Assembly: GCA_965202585.1 (NCBI GenBank)
Contig: OZ241834.1
Span: 31,868,001 to 31,932,000 of the forward strand
Direction: 5' to 3'
Length of the DNA stretch: 64,000 bases
Source: Thalia democratica
Taxonomy: Eukaryota
The translations under genes were made by a program, and so were the position numbers. The notes below the pieces were generated by a model, which was not told where the DNA came from, did not search any database, and saw only the letters and a list, made by a program, of their open reading frames with translations. Shown here in pieces: positions 63,082 to 64,000 of this stretch. Position 1 is the first letter of the stretch, and the number at the start of each line of letters is the position of its first letter.

Positions 63082-63210
63082 CTGACTGCGCTTGAAGAAG
63101 TTTGTGGTTGAATTTGTGTGTGGAAGAAGCATAAGTAATTACGAGCAAAAATCTGTATCTTTGAAGAAAGCTGAAAAGCTCTTTACTACTGCTAACGGAC
63201 AAAAAGCTAT
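63082..63210 (-). other. INF2: Probable INF2 5' UTR exon (splices to 61059)
   Basis: tttttttcag| acceptor, CAG|gtgtgc donor, GC-richer than its flanks; the first coding exon has acceptor ttttttgtag| at 61059, 37 nt before the ATG. Confidence 0.5.
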
Positions 63211-63377
63211 CTGAAAAAAACTTTAGTTATAAAGATAGAAATAAGTTTGAACAAAACATTGTCATGTTGTTCATGCTTGATAGTTAAGTAGGCTTTTTTT
63301 TTAGTTAAGTGTTTAATTTAAGATAAAACATTTGTTTTAATTAGCATTTAGCATAAATTTTTTGTAATGCTTTAAAA

Positions 63378-63664
63378 TAGCGATTCTTAAATTGGGTAAA
63401 ATTATTCTTAGGGGTAAATATTTTTATTACAAACTATATTAATTTATTAATCGCTTTTAAATAAATTAGTTAGTATCTAACTGTACTTTCTTTAAACTTA
63501 AATAAACACTTTAAGTTTTACGATTTTTTGTACTTACTAAGCTTAAAGCTCAAAAAATGTAGTTCTTTTTTTCGAAATTAAACACTATTTTGTAGATTAG
63601 GGGTAAACTTGGTAATGACCTTCCAAAAAGGGGTAAAAAATGAAAAAAAGGTTAAGAACCGCTG
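63378..63664. mobile_element. hAT (Charlie-like) MITE, 287 bp
   Basis: TIR tagcgattcttaa / ttaagaaccgctg; TSD ctttaaaa/ctttaaag; ggggtaaa internal motifs. Confidence 0.8.
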
Positions 63665-64000
63665 CTTTAAAGTATGTTAAACAGCTATTTCCAAAAAAAA
63701 AATCTGTAAAAACTTAATGTAAAACGTAAAACTTTGATTTTTTAATTTAGCTTCTTAGTAACAAGCAAATATTAGTTTATATATATAAATACTTCTTTTT
63801 TTTTTGTTCACTTAAAGTCTTTATTTTGATATCCTAAGAATATAAAGTAAAATTTAGTTTTGTTTTAAAATATTATAGTAACTTACACTTATGTGTAACA
63901 ATGAAAAATAGTGTTTAAAAATTGTTACAAACTTGTTCTACTTGTGGCACTTGTTTTTAATACTTGTCAACCAAAGTTTTAATAGTTCTTCTTTAGAAAA

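Noticed and set aside
1-64000. tRNA, rRNA, snRNA genes and U12-type introns
   Set aside because: No cloverleaf or A/B-box pair, no rRNA-like sequence and no GTATCCTT/ATATCCTT donor at any mapped junction seen by eye; tRNAscan-SE and Infernal would be decisive.

Overview
Very AT-rich (roughly one-quarter GC by eye) metazoan nuclear DNA with GT-AG spliceosomal introns and the standard genetic code; an invertebrate, possibly tunicate-like, but that is a guess. I reconstructed three protein-coding genes by hand with frame-consistent splice junctions: (1) an intronless TMEM106 (TMEM106B-like) gene (+, 12897-13682); (2) a 7-coding-exon MRPS35 (+, 20756-31572, 348 aa); (3) a convergent inverted formin INF2 (-, 61022-40578; DID, FH1, FH2, WH2/DAD; 17 constitutive coding exons). 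The rest is transposon debris: a Penelope fragment with an internal inversion, hAT elements with 8-bp TSDs and decayed transposases, a CAGGGT-ended group with apparent 6-bp TSDs, piggyBac-like and foldback MITEs, SINE-like fragments and local tandem arrays. No rRNA, tRNA or CRISPR was found. The top observation is a hidden cluster of phase-1 alternative exons at the INF2 3' end, absent from the ORF track. They would give mutually exclusive C-termini: an FFAT (VAP-binding) tail, a polybasic+CAAX tail (CTIQ), a bare CAAX tail (CLIQ), a 36-nt symmetric microexon and a ~200-aa basic S/P/K/T tail. This looks like a splicing-controlled localisation switch for one formin, and the FFAT tail is new to me. 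All isoform claims are predictions from genomic sequence only.
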